A stretch of 31,763 nucleotides of DNA from contig NC_057717.1 in NCBI RefSeq assembly GCF_004010195.1, forward strand, positions 107,609,819-107,641,581, given 5' to 3'. How positions within the stretch are numbered: position 1 is the stretch's first letter; the number at the start of each line of letters is the position of its first letter. Shown here in pieces: positions 11,420 through 23,336 of the stretch. Origin of the DNA: Chiloscyllium plagiosum (Eukaryota). Position numbers and translations under genes: made by a program. The notes beneath the pieces are model-generated. The model was given only the letters and a program-made list of their open reading frames with translations, did no database searches and was not told where the DNA came from.

Positions 11420-12520
11420 GACTGAACACCTTAAATTTTCAGGTTATCAGAGGAAGCCAGCATGGGCGGGGCATACTTTGTCATTTTTGATTGTCATCTC
11501 TTTAAAAATAAAATCATTTTAAGACTTGGAAATGTCGATATGGGCTGGCAGAAGACATTTGATGAAGTACCTTTATAAGAGATTCTTGATTTCAATTTGA
11601 AACAGTTATTAACCTGTTTGGGAATGGCGTGAGATGAAGAAAGGGCAGATAGTTGAATTGGTAAAATGTGACCATTGGTGTCCCTGCAGGATTTGTGCTG
11701 GGGCCTTAACTATTCATTGGCTTAATGATCACATTCTGAGATAGAAAACCAGATACAGCCAGTTTTGCTATAATGCGGTAGTTCCATACTTGTGCAATCC
11801 CGTTTTATAAGATAATCACTTAATAGCAGCACCATTTGAACTAATGGGGCTAGAATCATGTTGTAACCAACATGTGCTTTAAAACATCGCATTTTAGAAA
11901 CCGTGTCCTCAATTCGTGTGTTAAAGAAGTGCATGTTATAGCAGAACAATCTGTATCTAAACTTGGTATATGGGTAGGTGGCAATGTCAATAGTGTAAAT
12001 GGAACGATAGAAAGGGAGGAAAATTAAGTGAATGGAAAAATATGGCAAATAGATTTTCATTATTAGTGAATATGAGGTTATCTATTTAGAATATGACAGG
12101 AAACTTTCTAAATGTTGGATTAAAAATACAAGCAACGGTAGAAGTTTAAAAGAAAGCTGTGGGCGAAGTACATCTGTCATGAAAAGGTCATAAAGTGGTA
12201 CAGAAAATAATCAAAAAGCTTTTGGAATTCTGGTCTTTGTTTCTCAAGAAATCAAATGCAAAAGATAGGTTACTTTACATAATGACTATGCCAGACCACA
12301 TCTGAAAGATGGCAAGCAATTCTGCACACTGCAACTCTGAAACAATTGATGGGTACTGACTGGAGGAGGGCCACATCAATTATTAAGGGTTAAACTTCAA
12401 GGATAAATTAAACAAATCTTGGGAATTTAAGGCTATGGGTCAAGTGCTGGAAAATGGAATTACAATAGTTGAGTGGTTGCATTTGACTGATGCAGACTCA
12501 AAGGATTGAAGATTCATTTT
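11420..12520 (+). mobile_element. Highly decayed CR1 RT/3' remnant
   Basis: ggtgtccctgcaggatttgtgctggggcct (GVPQGSVLGP-like, frameshifted) plus further CR1-like segments. Confidence 0.6.
11756..11953. mobile_element. Tc1/mariner-pogo-like MITE (198 bp)
   Basis: Imperfect TIRs CAGCCAGTTTTGCTATAA / TTATAGCAGAACAATCTG, flanked by TA at 11754-11755 and 11954-11955. Confidence 0.8.
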
Positions 12521-12774
12521 CTTTGACTCAAATACACACTTATATTGAAGTACTACCTGGAAAGAAATTGAAGAATTTTAACCATGTGGACATTTTCTGG
12601 AATTGAAAAGGGATTTATCAGGTGTTCTCTCGAAAGAAGCTAACAGTCTAAAGTGTGCTGTGATTTCTGCTCTTCCACTGGAAATGAAATGAATGGAGAA
12701 TCAGTTAAACAAAGCCTTCAAAGAGAATGGGTGTTTATAGCTTTACTGCAAAAACCCGACTTTGAGAGGAACAG

Positions 12775-13560
12775 GAGTCCCCGTGTTAATGGTTTCCTAG
12801 CAACTCCAGATGGGTGCAGCTCTAATAACACTCGAAGCTCAACACCATCCAGGACAATTTGAGGTGTACAAGGTAATGAGAGGCATGGATAGAGTCGATA
12901 GCCAGACATTTCCCCAGGGCAGGATTGACTGCCACGAGGGATCATCGTTTTAAGGTGTTAGGTGGAAGGTATAGAGGAGACGTCAGAGGTAGGTTCTTTA
13001 TGCAGAGAGTTGTGAACACATGGACTTTTAAGCGACTGCTGGACATGCGCATGGACAGCAGTGAAATGAGGGGTGCGTAGTTTAGGTTATTTTATTATAA
13101 ATTATTATTAATCCTCGGCACAACATCATGGGTTGAATGACCTGTTCTGTGCTGTACTTTTCTATGTTCTACAAAGGTGCTTACTTGACTGGCAACACAT
13201 CCACTCTCTCCAACCCTGACACCCAGTAGCAGCAGTGTGTACCATCTACAAGATACACTGCAGCAATTCACGAAGATTCCTTACCAAATCCATGATCACT
13301 ACTATCTAAAGGATCAGGGCAACAGATACATGGGAATGGCAGCCCCTGCAAGTTCCTCTCCAAGCCACTCACCATTGTCATGTGGACATGTCACCTTTCT
13401 CCAGTGTTGCTGGTTCAAAACCCTGCAATTCCCTCCCTAACAACATTGTGCCCCTACTTGCAACATGGACTGCAGTGATTCAAGAGGACAGCTCACTACC
13501 ACCTTCTCGAGGGTAACTAGGGGTGAACAATAAGCGCTGACACAGCCAGTGACCCACATT
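12775..13560 (+). mobile_element. LINE family B 3' region, split by a CR1 insertion
   Basis: ...accatccaggacaa (12857) resumes as acaaaggtgcttacttgactggcaac (13171); colinear with 30790-31262. Confidence 0.78.
12858..13170 (+). mobile_element. 5'-truncated CR1 (ORF2 C-terminus plus tail)
   Basis: EVYKVMRGMDRVDSQ...YRGDVRGRFFMQRVVN, tail ttctatgttct, ACAA on both sides. Confidence 0.85.
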
Positions 13561-14129
13561 ATATTGTTTAAAAAACATTCTTTCTCAACTTGAGATTTAT
13601 GCTGTACCACCCCAAGAAGCACAGTAAAGAAGGAATCTCAGAATTTTGTGAAATCCTATTCTCAGTCCAAGTCTCTGGGAACCTGAGAGTTATTAAATAC
13701 CATCTTATCTGCCTTCTTGGTAAAACCTGATGTAGTGGACTGTAACCAATTCTTAGCATCTCAAATCCAAGTTTATTAGAATCCGAGCTGGACTCTATCA
13801 TCACACTACAGCTGTCAAGTGATTCCGTTTTGTCATCAGGAGCCGATGGAAGTGACGAATCATTGCATTCCAGACCCTTGGCTCACAATGGCTGTTTTTT
13901 CCTTGTACTCTGTATAAAACAAAGCCTAACCTTTGCAAAGAATTGTCTTTTTCTATACATAGACCATAGATTAGTCAATATTTTCCACTTTCTTCAAGGA
14001 CAAGTTTCATTTCTAATAACTGGATTATTTTGAATTTGTTAAGGAAGCCTGCTGGACTTTTCTCGTGTTCTGGGTGGTGATTAAATCAATGTGTGTGTAC
14101 TAATGACTAATGGAGCAGTAGGGCTGATT

Positions 14130-14540
14130 ATCAGCACACTAGACCATCAGGCCTGTAGTACGAACTACAGATTACACCCTGGACTAAGTGTGTAGAGGTG
14201 ATTTGATTCTAGTTTTCAAGATGTTAAATAGGACAACTAGTGCAGATTGGGAGAAATTATTCCATTAATCAGAAATCTGGGATACTGGATGTAGTCAGGA
14301 AAAATAGCTGACACCTTTCGTGGTTGAATTGGGAAATGCTTAGAGACACAATGGTGAAAGGGGTTTGGTACTCTCTTCAACAAACACCATTGATGCTCAA
14401 TCACTCATTTTTAAAACTGATTTTTTTAAAAGTGAAAGCTATTAAATGTGTGAGAGAAAAATAGGCATTTGTAGTTCACAGATCTCGGTGAAGATCCGGT
14501 TCAAAGAGCTTAAATATTGTCATTCTATTCCTCTTCCCTA
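14130..14540 (+). mobile_element. Old CR1 3' remnant
   Basis: RGDLILVFKML-like segment at about 14195-14226, followed by a CR1-like 3' region. Confidence 0.5.
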
Positions 14541-14929
14541 TTGATACTTGTGTGTTTTAGGGGTAAGATTAAAACTGTCCCTTACAAGAACAGTCAACAG
14601 AGAGAAGGAAGTTTTCAAGTCTTTAGCTTTGGTTGGAATTGAATCTTGTTCCAGAGTTGAAAGGCCTGTTTCCATTCCATTGTGCTACCCAACGTTCCTC
14701 CTCATTAGAATCCAGTAGAAGGATATACAATGATACTAACATTGACCTGGTTAAGGTTAATATTACTGAAAACTGTTTTAACCCATTAGACAAAGTGATT
14801 ATAGTTTTTATCCAGTGACTACTCAAACAAAATCTGGAAAAATCTTGTAATCTATCAAAACACTGAAGTTAAGGGATATCAATAGATAACAGCCTGGATG
14901 TTTCAAAAGGACTTGGTTATCCTGGGATA

Positions 14930-15033
14930 AAAAGCCCTTCCTGATGAAGAGCTTTTGCCCGAAATGTCGATTTGACTGCTCCTTGGATGCTGCCTGAACT
15001 GCTGTGCTCTTCCAGCACCACTAATCCAGAATC
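14930..15033 (+). mobile_element. Penelope terminal-repeat fragment with hammerhead-like motif
   Basis: CTGATGA 14941-14947, GAAATGTC 14961-14968, then ctgctccttggatgctgcctga, identical to the tail of the 9415-9970 element. Confidence 0.82.
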
Positions 15034-15240
15034 CTTTCCTCGGGTAAAGCAGACCGCTATTGAGTATAAACCCCTGTGAACATGTTCCCTGCTTCGTCCC
15101 CTCTCACCACCACCTCTTCAATTCTGGATCACTTCCCCAAGGTCTCCCAATCCACATAACCTACTTAATTCCTTTCCACATCTCCACAGGCTTGTGTTGA
15201 ACTTAACTGTAATTATAGATCCCTTTTTTCTGTTTTACAG

Positions 15241-15324
15241 GGGAGCAAACATAGTGCTTGAAGCCAGAGAGGTTGTAATGAAGATATTTGAAGATTACAC
15301 ACAATCTTGGTACTGGATTTTGAT
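15241..15324 (+). CDS. slc44a2: CTL2 coding exon
   Basis: ttacag / gtaagt. GANIVLEAREVVMKIFEDYTQSWYWIL(I), with the IFEDYT.SWYWI motif. Confidence 0.96.
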
Positions 15325-15694
15325 GTAAGTGTTTAATTAATTCCCCCCTTTTGTAATTTCCAATAGGACAGGCTCTAAGGTTTGTTCCTACTTTTACGAG
15401 AGTCCCCTAAAGTGCTGTCTGTATTCCTCATTGACAGTGCACTATCTGAAAACACACACAGCCATTTTCATACGTGCACTGAAGAAGCTAAACTTCCCTT
15501 CAGCACCATATGTCATTATTCTCCATGGCTTCTCGTTCACATCGAGAAATCTCCTCCTAAATATTGGCAAGACCAAAGCTCAATGTCTGTATATCTGGCT
15601 ATCTGGTAACACCTGAATTAGTGGACTATCACTAATTCACCGAAATTCAAATCCAAGTTTGTTGGAATCAGAGCTGAACTGTAACATCAAACTA

Positions 15695-18325
15695 AGAGAG
15701 GTAGTGCAGGAGTTTTCTGTGGTTATCCCCATTTCAAACAAGAATGCTATTTTGGAAAGTGTAGGGGGTGATGGATTCTTGGGGAACATAGCATGGTATT
15801 GACACTGGTTCTAACATAATGAGGGGTACGTCAGGTCCCAAGAGATCGATTGTGTTAGGGGACTCACTAGTCCGAGGTACAGACAGACATTTCTGTGGCC
15901 AGCTGCAAAAAATCAGAATGGTGTGTTGTTTCCCTGGCGCCAGGATCAAGGATGTCTCAGCGAGGGTGCAGTGTTCTCACGGGGGAGAGGGTCCAGCAGG
16001 AGGTCATTGTCCACATTGGAACCAACTACATTGGAAGGGAAAAGGTTGAGATTCTGAAGGGAGAATACAGAGTTAGGCAGAAATTTAAAAAAAGGAGGTC
16101 CTCTAGAGTAGTAATATCTGGATTACTCCCGGAGCTAGTGAGGGCAGGAATAGGAGGATAGAGCAGATGAATACATGGCTGAGGACCTGGTGTCTGGGAG
16201 AAGCATTCACATTTTTGGATCGTTGGAATCTGTTTTGGAGTAGAAGTGACCTGTACAAGAAGGACGGATTGCATCTAAATTGGAAGGGGACTGATAAAGT
16301 GGTAGGGAGATTTGGTAGAGCTGCTCAGGAGGATTTAAACTAGTAAGGTTGTGGGGTGGAGGGTAGAGCTTTGGGACCCAGGAAGATAGTGAAGAAAGCG
16401 ATCAATCTGAAACTGGTACACTTGAGAACAGAAGCGAGTCAAACAGTCAGGGCAGGCAGGGACAAAGCAGAGAACAAGGTAGGACTGATAAATTAAACTG
16501 CACTTATTTCAATGCAAGGGGCCTAACAGGGAAGGCAGCTGAACTCAGGGCATGGTTAGCAACATGGGAAACGTGGCCCAGGGATGAGCGGGACTGGCAG
16601 CTTAATGTTTCAGGATACAAATGCTACAGGAAAGACAAAAAGGGAGGCAAGAAAGGAGGGGGAGTGGCATTTTTGATCAGGGATAGCATTGCAGCTGTAC
16701 TGAGGGAGGATATTTCCACAAATACATCCAGGGAAGTTATTTGGGTGGAACTGAGAAATAAGAAAGGGATGATCACGTTATTGGGATTGTATTATCGACT
16801 CCCTAATAGTCAGAGGGAAATTGAGAAACAAATTTGTAAGGACATTTCAGTTATGTGTAAGAATAATGTGGTTATGGTAGGGAATTATAACTTTCCAAAT
16901 ATAGACTGGGACTGCCATAGTGTTAAGGGTTTAGCTGGAGATGAATTTAAGTGTACAAGAAAATTTTCTGATTCAGTATAGAACATAGAACAGTACAGCA
17001 CAGAACAGGTCCTTCAGCCCATGATGTTGTGCCGACCACTGATCCTCATGTTTGCACCCTCAAATTTCTGTGCCCATATGCATATCCAGTAGTCTCTTAA
17101 ATGTCCCCAATGACCTTGCTTCCACAACTGCTGCTGGCAATGCATTCCATGCTCTCTCAACTCTATGTGTAAAGAACCCGCCTCTGACATCCCTTCTATA
17201 CTTTCTTCCAACCAGCTTAAAACTATGACTCGTGTTAGTCATTTCTGCCCTGGGAAGTAGTCTCTGGCTATCGACTCTATCTATGCCTCTCATTATCTTG
17301 TATACCTCAATTATGCTGATGTACCTACGAGAGAAGGTGCAAAACTTGACCACTCTTGGGAAATAATGCAGGGCAGGTGACTGAGGTGTCAGTCGGGGAA
17401 CACTTTGGAGCCAGCGACGAATTCTATTTGTTTTAAAATAATGGAAAAGATAGACCAAATCTAAAAGTTGAAGTTCTAAATTGGAGAAGGCTAATTTTGG
17501 TATTAGGCAAGAACTTTCAAAAGCTGATTGGACACAGATGTTTGCAGGTAAAGGGATGGCTGGAAAATGGGAAGCCTTCAGAAATGAGATAACAAGAATC
17601 CAGAGACAGTATATTCTTGTTAGGGTGAAAGGAAAGGCTGGTAGGTATAGGGAATGCTGGATGTCTAAAGAAATTGAAGGTTTGGTTCAGAAAAAGAAGG
17701 AAGTATGTGTCAGATATAGACAGGATAGATCAAGTGAATCCTTAGAATATAAAGGCGGCAGGAGTGTACTTGAGAGGGAAATCGGGAGGGCAAAAAGGGG
17801 ACATGAGATAGCTTTGGCAAATAGAGTTAAGGAGAATCCAAAGGGTTTTCACAAATACATAAAGGACAAAAGGGTAACTAGGGAGTGAATAGGGGCCCTC
17901 AAAGATCAGCAAGGCAGCCTTTGTGTGGAGCTGCAGAAAATGGGGGAGATACTAAATGAGTTTATGAAATCATGAGGGGCATGGATAGGATAAATAGACA
18001 AAGTCTTTTCCCTGGGGTTGGGGAGTCCAGAACTCGAGGGCATAGGTTTAGGGTGAGAGGGAGAAGATATAAAAGAGATCTAAGGGGCAACTTTTTCACA
18101 CAGAGGGTGGTACATGTATGGAATGAGCTGCCAGAGGAAGTGGTGGAGGCTGGTACAATTGCAATATTTAAGAGACATTTGGGTGGGTATATGAATAGGA
18201 AGGGTTTGGAGGGATATGGGCCGGGTGCTGGCAGGTGGGACAAGATTGGGTTGGGATATCTGGTCGGCATTAACACGGTGGACCGAAGGGTCTGTTTCTG
18301 TGCTGTCATTTCTCTGTGACTCTCT
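15695..18325 (+). mobile_element. CR1 LINE with esterase ORF1 and endonuclease but no RT domain
   Basis: ORF1 SGNH esterase motifs IVLGDSLVRG / CFPGARIKDV / VIVHIGTN, stop at 16341-16343. ORF2 endonuclease LNCTYFNARGL, GGGVAFLIR, VMVGNYNFPNIDW. C-terminus RTRGHRFRV...FFTQRVVHVWNELP. Multiple frameshifts. Confidence 0.9.
16980..17311 (-). mobile_element. 5'-truncated CR1 inserted antisense inside another CR1
   Basis: Minus strand IEVYKIMRGIDRVDSQRL...FFTHRVERAWNALP; agaacatagaac tail; TAT at both junctions (16977-16979, 17312-17314). Confidence 0.9.
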
Positions 18326-18543
18326 GGCTGTCAATGATTCACCTTTGTCAACAGGAACCACTGGAAGTGACAAATCATCACATTTCAGAACCTTAGTTGT
18401 GCCCTTCCTAAAATAAAACCCAATCTTGCAGAAATCGCCACCATTTTTTCCCTTTTGGTCATTGATTCATAATCACTTCTGTCTCATTGACCAAATAGCG
18501 GCAATGGAAGTTGTTGATTTGATTTTTGTCTGCCTGTTTGTAG

Positions 18544-18656
18544 AGGAATGAGTATCGCCCTGGTGATTAGTCTGCTCTTTGTCATCTTGATGCGTTTCAT
18601 TGCTGCGTTTGTGGTGTGGTCGATCATCCTGATGGTCATTGCTGTCCTTGGCTATG
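18544..18656 (+). CDS. slc44a2: CTL2 coding exon (transmembrane helices)
   Basis: ttgtag / gtaggt. GMSIALVISLLFVILMRFIAAFVVWSIILMVIAVLGY(G). Confidence 0.95.
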
Positions 18657-19034
18657 GTAGGTCATGTCACTTATTCATCTGTGAAATTATCATTTCTGGC
18701 AACCTTTATAGGTCAGGAATATTTAAATTGTTCCCCAACTACCATGTCCCCAGGATGAGTTGGCAGAAATCACTGTGTTTGTCTTTATGTGAAGGGACTG
18801 CTGGCCTGTGTGCACTCAAGCCTGCAAATAGTGTGAACCAAGTGCAATACTGATCCTACAGCTGAGGAGAGTATTGCTCTATTTAACGTTCGGCTTGTAG
18901 ACGTTGGATGCCAAGTTGAACTGAGCTAGTCTAAACAATAACCTCAAAGCTCTGGGTTAAGGTTAAGGAACAGAAACACAACCAGATTGATGTTTTTATG
19001 TATTTGTGATGAATTTAGGATGAGGTTTGGGTGT

Positions 19035-20045
19035 GATCATAAGACTTGAGAGCAGAAGTGGACTATTCAGCCCAATGCAACTGCTCTATTTATTAAAGTA
19101 GGGCTGGTCTGATAATCCTCAACTCCACTTTCCTGTGTTTTTACCCCATAATCCTTGGTTCGCTTAAGGTTTAAAGGTCTGTCTGTCTCAGCCTTGAATA
19201 TACTGAAGGACCCAGCTTCAACAACCCTCTGAATAAAGGATTCGACAGATTAAACATTCTTTGAATGAAGAGTCCGCTTCTCATCTCTGCATTAATTGGG
19301 TGGCCTATTATCCTGAGATTATAGCCTCTGGTCCTAGACACACACTCAGTAGGAGAAATGACCTTTCCACTTCGACCCAGTCAAACCCTGTTAGAATCTT
19401 GCATGTTTCAACAAGGGATGGCTCTCTTTCTTCTAAACTGAGTACAGGCCCAACCAACTCAACATCTATATATAAAAAAGAAAAAATCTCTCCATAGCTG
19501 AGATCAACCAAGTGACTCTTCTCTGGACTTCCTCCAACGCCTCCCCTTCGATAAGGGGACCAAAACTGCTCACTGTTTGAGATATGGTCTAATTAGTGCT
19601 TGTATAGCTTGTACTCCATTCCATTTGCCTTTCCTGTTACCCACTGAACTTGGATGTTAGCTTTTTATGGCTCATGGCCAAGGACTCCCACATCCCTCTG
19701 TGTTGCAGCTTTCTGCATGCTCTTGCCATTGGAGAAATTCACTCCTTTGTTTCTGCCAAAGTACAGAACCTCTCTTTTTTTTTTCCACATTGTATTACGT
19801 CTGCCTTCACTTAACCTGTCCATATCTGTCTGTAGATTCCTCCTGTCCTCACTACTTGCCTTCCCACCTATTTTTGTCATTCACAAATTTGGCTATAATA
19901 TATTCACTTCCATCATCCAAGCAATTAAATATATTTTGTAAATAATTATGGCCCTAGCACTGACCCTTTTGGCACTAGTTGCAAGTTGCCATCCTGAAAA
20001 TGCCCCTTTTAACCCAACCCTTTTATTGACCAGTGCTCTATCCAT
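19035..20045 (-). mobile_element. Decayed CR1 (RT C-terminal half to 3' tail)
   Basis: Minus-strand remnants RVGLKGAFSGWQLATS, TKIGGKASSEDRRNLQTDMDRL and LVETCKILTGFD. Confidence 0.85.
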
Positions 20046-20296
20046 GCAAATACAATCCCCCAAAACGGATAGATAGCGGTGTTCAGATGACATGACTGTT
20101 ATCAGGCTCAGTCTCACATGACGTACAGTGGGGAGACTGAGAGATTGCTCACTCAGCCAACAAATAAAAAATCAGTGCCTTCCAAGAGAGGAGGAGATTG
20201 AAAAAGCAAACCATTATGTAAAACGTTTGAGTTGGAAACTATTGGTAGTTAATGCACATTATGCTGAAGATTAGTTATTTTGTTTGGTTGTTGCAG

Positions 20297-20428
20297 GTAT
20301 TTTTCACTGCTACATGGAATATAAACAGTTGAAAGGAGTGCAAGGATCAGAGGTGACGATCAAAGAACTGGGCTTCCATACTGACCTCCGAGTCTACCTG
20401 CATCTACGGCAGACCTGGCTGGCATTCC
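20297..20428 (+). CDS. slc44a2: CTL2 coding exon
   Basis: ttgcag / gtaagg. IFHCYMEYKQLKGVQGSEVTIKELGFHTDLRVYLHLRQTWLAF; GIFHCYMEY and RVYLHLRQTWLAF match CTL2 as recalled. Confidence 0.97.
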
Positions 20429-20782
20429 GTAAGGAACAGTTTGTTTCACTTCACATCGCAGTTGAACTCTGTGTTCAACATTAAGATTTTAACCAGCCTG
20501 GTGGGGTTAGAGAGAATGGAGCTTTACCATTTAATGTAGTGGTGAAGAAAAAAAAATGTTACTAAAGAGCGCAGATGGTTTCACTCTGGATCCTCAACGA
20601 GCTAGGTCAGAACACTGAGATGCGCTGTTATCGTTTGATTCAAGGAGTTTTATCTTTAGTTTGGAAAATCGCATATGTCACACTGCTGTCCAAGAAAGCT
20701 GAGGCAGGTAGGAGTAACCAAGGAATTAAGCATCAGTTAGGCTAATAAATATTTTAAGGAATTTAGAGTGTTTTTTTTAAAC

Positions 20783-21022
20783 TAGCCAGCATTTGTTGCT
20801 CATCCCCAATTGCACAGAAGGCAGGATAACAGTCAGCCGCATTGCTGTGGGTCTGGAGTAACATGTAGGCCAGACCAGGAGAGGATAGATAGACGGGCAT
20901 GAGGCTGAAATAACAGAGCAAGCCAGGCAGAGACGATTCGTGGAGAAGTCGACATTTCGGGTGTAACCCTCCTTCAGACCAGGGAAGGATGGCAGTTTCC
21001 TTCCCGAAAGTACATTAGTGAC
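20783..21022 (-). mobile_element. SINE family B fragment carrying a 95-bp insertion
   Basis: Reverse complement of 10400-10550; interrupted at 20880-20974, with CAGACCAGG at 20871-20879 and 20975-20983. Confidence 0.78.
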
Positions 21023-21214
21023 TTAATGGTAGGTGACTGAACACCTTAAAATTTTCAGCTGATCAGATTCATCTAACTTCGATTTGTAACAAGTAAATCC
21101 TATCTGATGAAACAGAATTAATCTGTAAAACAGAAAAGCAAAATACTGTGGATGTTAGAACTCTGAAATAAGGAAGCATGTCTGTGGAAAGGAATGGGAT
21201 TAATGTTTTGAATG

Positions 21215-22335
21215 AATATCTGTTAGCATTTACATGGATTTCTGAAGCAATTGGTAAAGCTTTTCATAAACTGTTGGCTAAAGTTGATGCTCATGGGATC
21301 GAGGGCAACTTAATGACCTGGTTAGGAAATTGGCTGAGTAGCACTAAACAAAATGAAGCGATAATGGGTATGTGCTCATCGGCAGGATATCAGCAGTGGT
21401 GTGCTGCAAAGAGTTCTCTCTGACCTTCAACTAATCATCATGTTCATGCGAGAGAGCAATCAGCGCTCAAACTTGTTGACAGAAAAGATCGGCTGTAGCA
21501 AATCTTGGGGTAAAAACAATAACTTGATAGAACTGAGCCTGATTATTGCTGGGAGAAAAGGCCTATTCTGTCAAAACTTTCTGTCTTGCACTCATCAGAT
21601 TAATTCACAAGTATCCCATTTCCAGGGGAAAATGATTGATTATTGTTGGCAAATGCACTCTAGTTCAGATGTTGCTATGGGAATGAACTGGTCAATGGTA
21701 ACTGACACTTAACTGCCAAGCCTTGTTTAAATTTTAAATCAGGAAAGACAATTGGTATTGCCCTGAGAAATGCGCCAGACTATGCTGTTTATTTTGTTGA
21801 GTTGAACCAAGGAGCATGTATGACATGTTAGAAATGTAAAAGTAAATAGGGGTTTCTGTAGATGACCAAAAAAAAAACTTAATGAGTCTTAGTCCCTGCA
21901 GTTAGAGTTTTAGGAATTAACAATGGAAAGTAAGGAGATGGCAGATGAATTGATCAGGTATTTTGTATCAGTTTTCACTGCAGATGATACAAATAATATC
22001 ACAGAAGTAACAGAATCAGGAAATGGACAGGGGGAAGAACTCAAGAAAATTACAATCATCAAAGTGGAACAGGGCAAGTTATTGGAGCTGTAGTTGACAA
22101 GTGCTGATCCTTGATGAACTTACTCTTCTCTTGGATCTTAGTCAGTGAATTTATTTTCCTAAATTACCTGGAGTCGGGAAAGATTCAATTAGACTGGAAA
22201 TTAACAAGTGCAATTTCTTTCTTTAAAAATAGGGAAGGAGAGCAAGAAAAACTACAGACCATTTAACTTTAACATCTGTGATAGGGCAAGTTATTGTTAA
22301 ACACATTAAAACAGGGCACTTAGAAAAGGTCCAAG
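21215..22335 (+). mobile_element. Patchwork of CR1 ORF2 fragments with a probable antisense Penelope-like remnant (about 21545-21830)
   Basis: KLLAKVDAHGIEGNLMTWLGNWLS (21270-21341); EMADELIRYFVSVFT and ENYRPFNF-like segments (21930-22275); minus-strand CTGATGAGTGCAAGACAGAAAG at 21577-21598. Confidence 0.6.
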
Positions 22336-22846
22336 GTAAGGGTGTCTCATTTTATGCACAACTTGCAGTGCCTTGTTTCTATATTTCTTTGCCTTCTATT
22401 ATTTCCATTGTTGCAATTTCAGGGATTATCAGAATTTATATTTCAGTAACTCTGCAATGGTATTTCATTTTGCTCTCAATTGACTGCACAAAATGGCGGA
22501 TGTACTTGAGTGAAAATGGTATAAAGTGTCACTTATTGCAGCTCAAAGGTCAGGCACCTTTTCAGTGTTTTGGATCCTGAATTGAGTCATACTTCAGTCT
22601 AAACAATTTCAGCAATCCTATAATTTTTAGTTTTTGTTCCATAATGTTAGCTTTAAACTTTTTTATTTGACAGAAGACACAATTTTTGTCAATAAATATT
22701 TTAATCAGCTGAATCTGAGTGACAGCTGCTGTTGTGGAAAGTTCCACAAAACGCAGAATTAAACCAGTTCCAATTGATAAGAGCAGACCCAGAAGAGTGG
22801 CTGCTTTGATAGTGAGTACCTATGTGCCTGAAATAACCATACCTTG

Positions 22847-22959
22847 GAGAAAGTCAGGATTGCAGATGCTGGAGATCAGAGTCGGGAGTATGTTGCTGGA
22901 AAAGCACACCAGGTCAGGCAGCATCCGAGGAGCAGGAGAATCGATGTTTGAAGGGCTTG
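22847..22959 (-). mobile_element. 113-bp Penelope terminal-repeat insertion with a 13-bp TSD
   Basis: Reverse complement of the 9900-9965 tail; TAACCATACCTTG at 22834-22846 and 22960-22972. Confidence 0.88.
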
Positions 22960-23236
22960 TAACCATACCTTGAAATAACATGGGGACTGCTCACTTTCAG
23001 CGAGATGTTAGGTGACTTGTACCTTCCCATTCTCCTCTTCTCAGTTGTGTTTAACCTTGTTGCACACAGAAGCTTTTGCTCAAAACAAAGCATCCATCAG
23101 ACAAGGAATAATGAAGCAACCATTCTTGGGTTTGACATCACGAGGGTTTGGAAGTTTGTCATCAGCACGTGGGTTCTGATTTATGTTTCTCTGCTCCCAG
23201 AGACAAATATGTAATGTCATCTTTTTCTCATTGCAG

Positions 23237-23336
23237 TGATCATTCTGGTAATCGTGGAAGTTATCATCATTCTGATGTTAATATTCCTACGGAAGAGGAT
23301 TCTGATAGCAATAGCCCTGCTAAAGGAAGCAAGCAA
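23237..23336 (+). CDS. slc44a2: CTL2 coding exon
   Basis: ttgcag / gtgcgt. (L)IILVIVEVIIILMLIFLRKRILIAIALLKEAS(K). Confidence 0.96.

Noticed and set aside
15695..18325. Active or domesticated LINE/esterase gene
   Set aside because: ORF1 and ORF2 are broken by frameshifts and a nested insertion, and the RT domain is absent.
21104..21115. CTGATGAAAC as another hammerhead core
   Set aside because: No stem II between CTGATGA and GAAA; it lies in a CR1-like segment.
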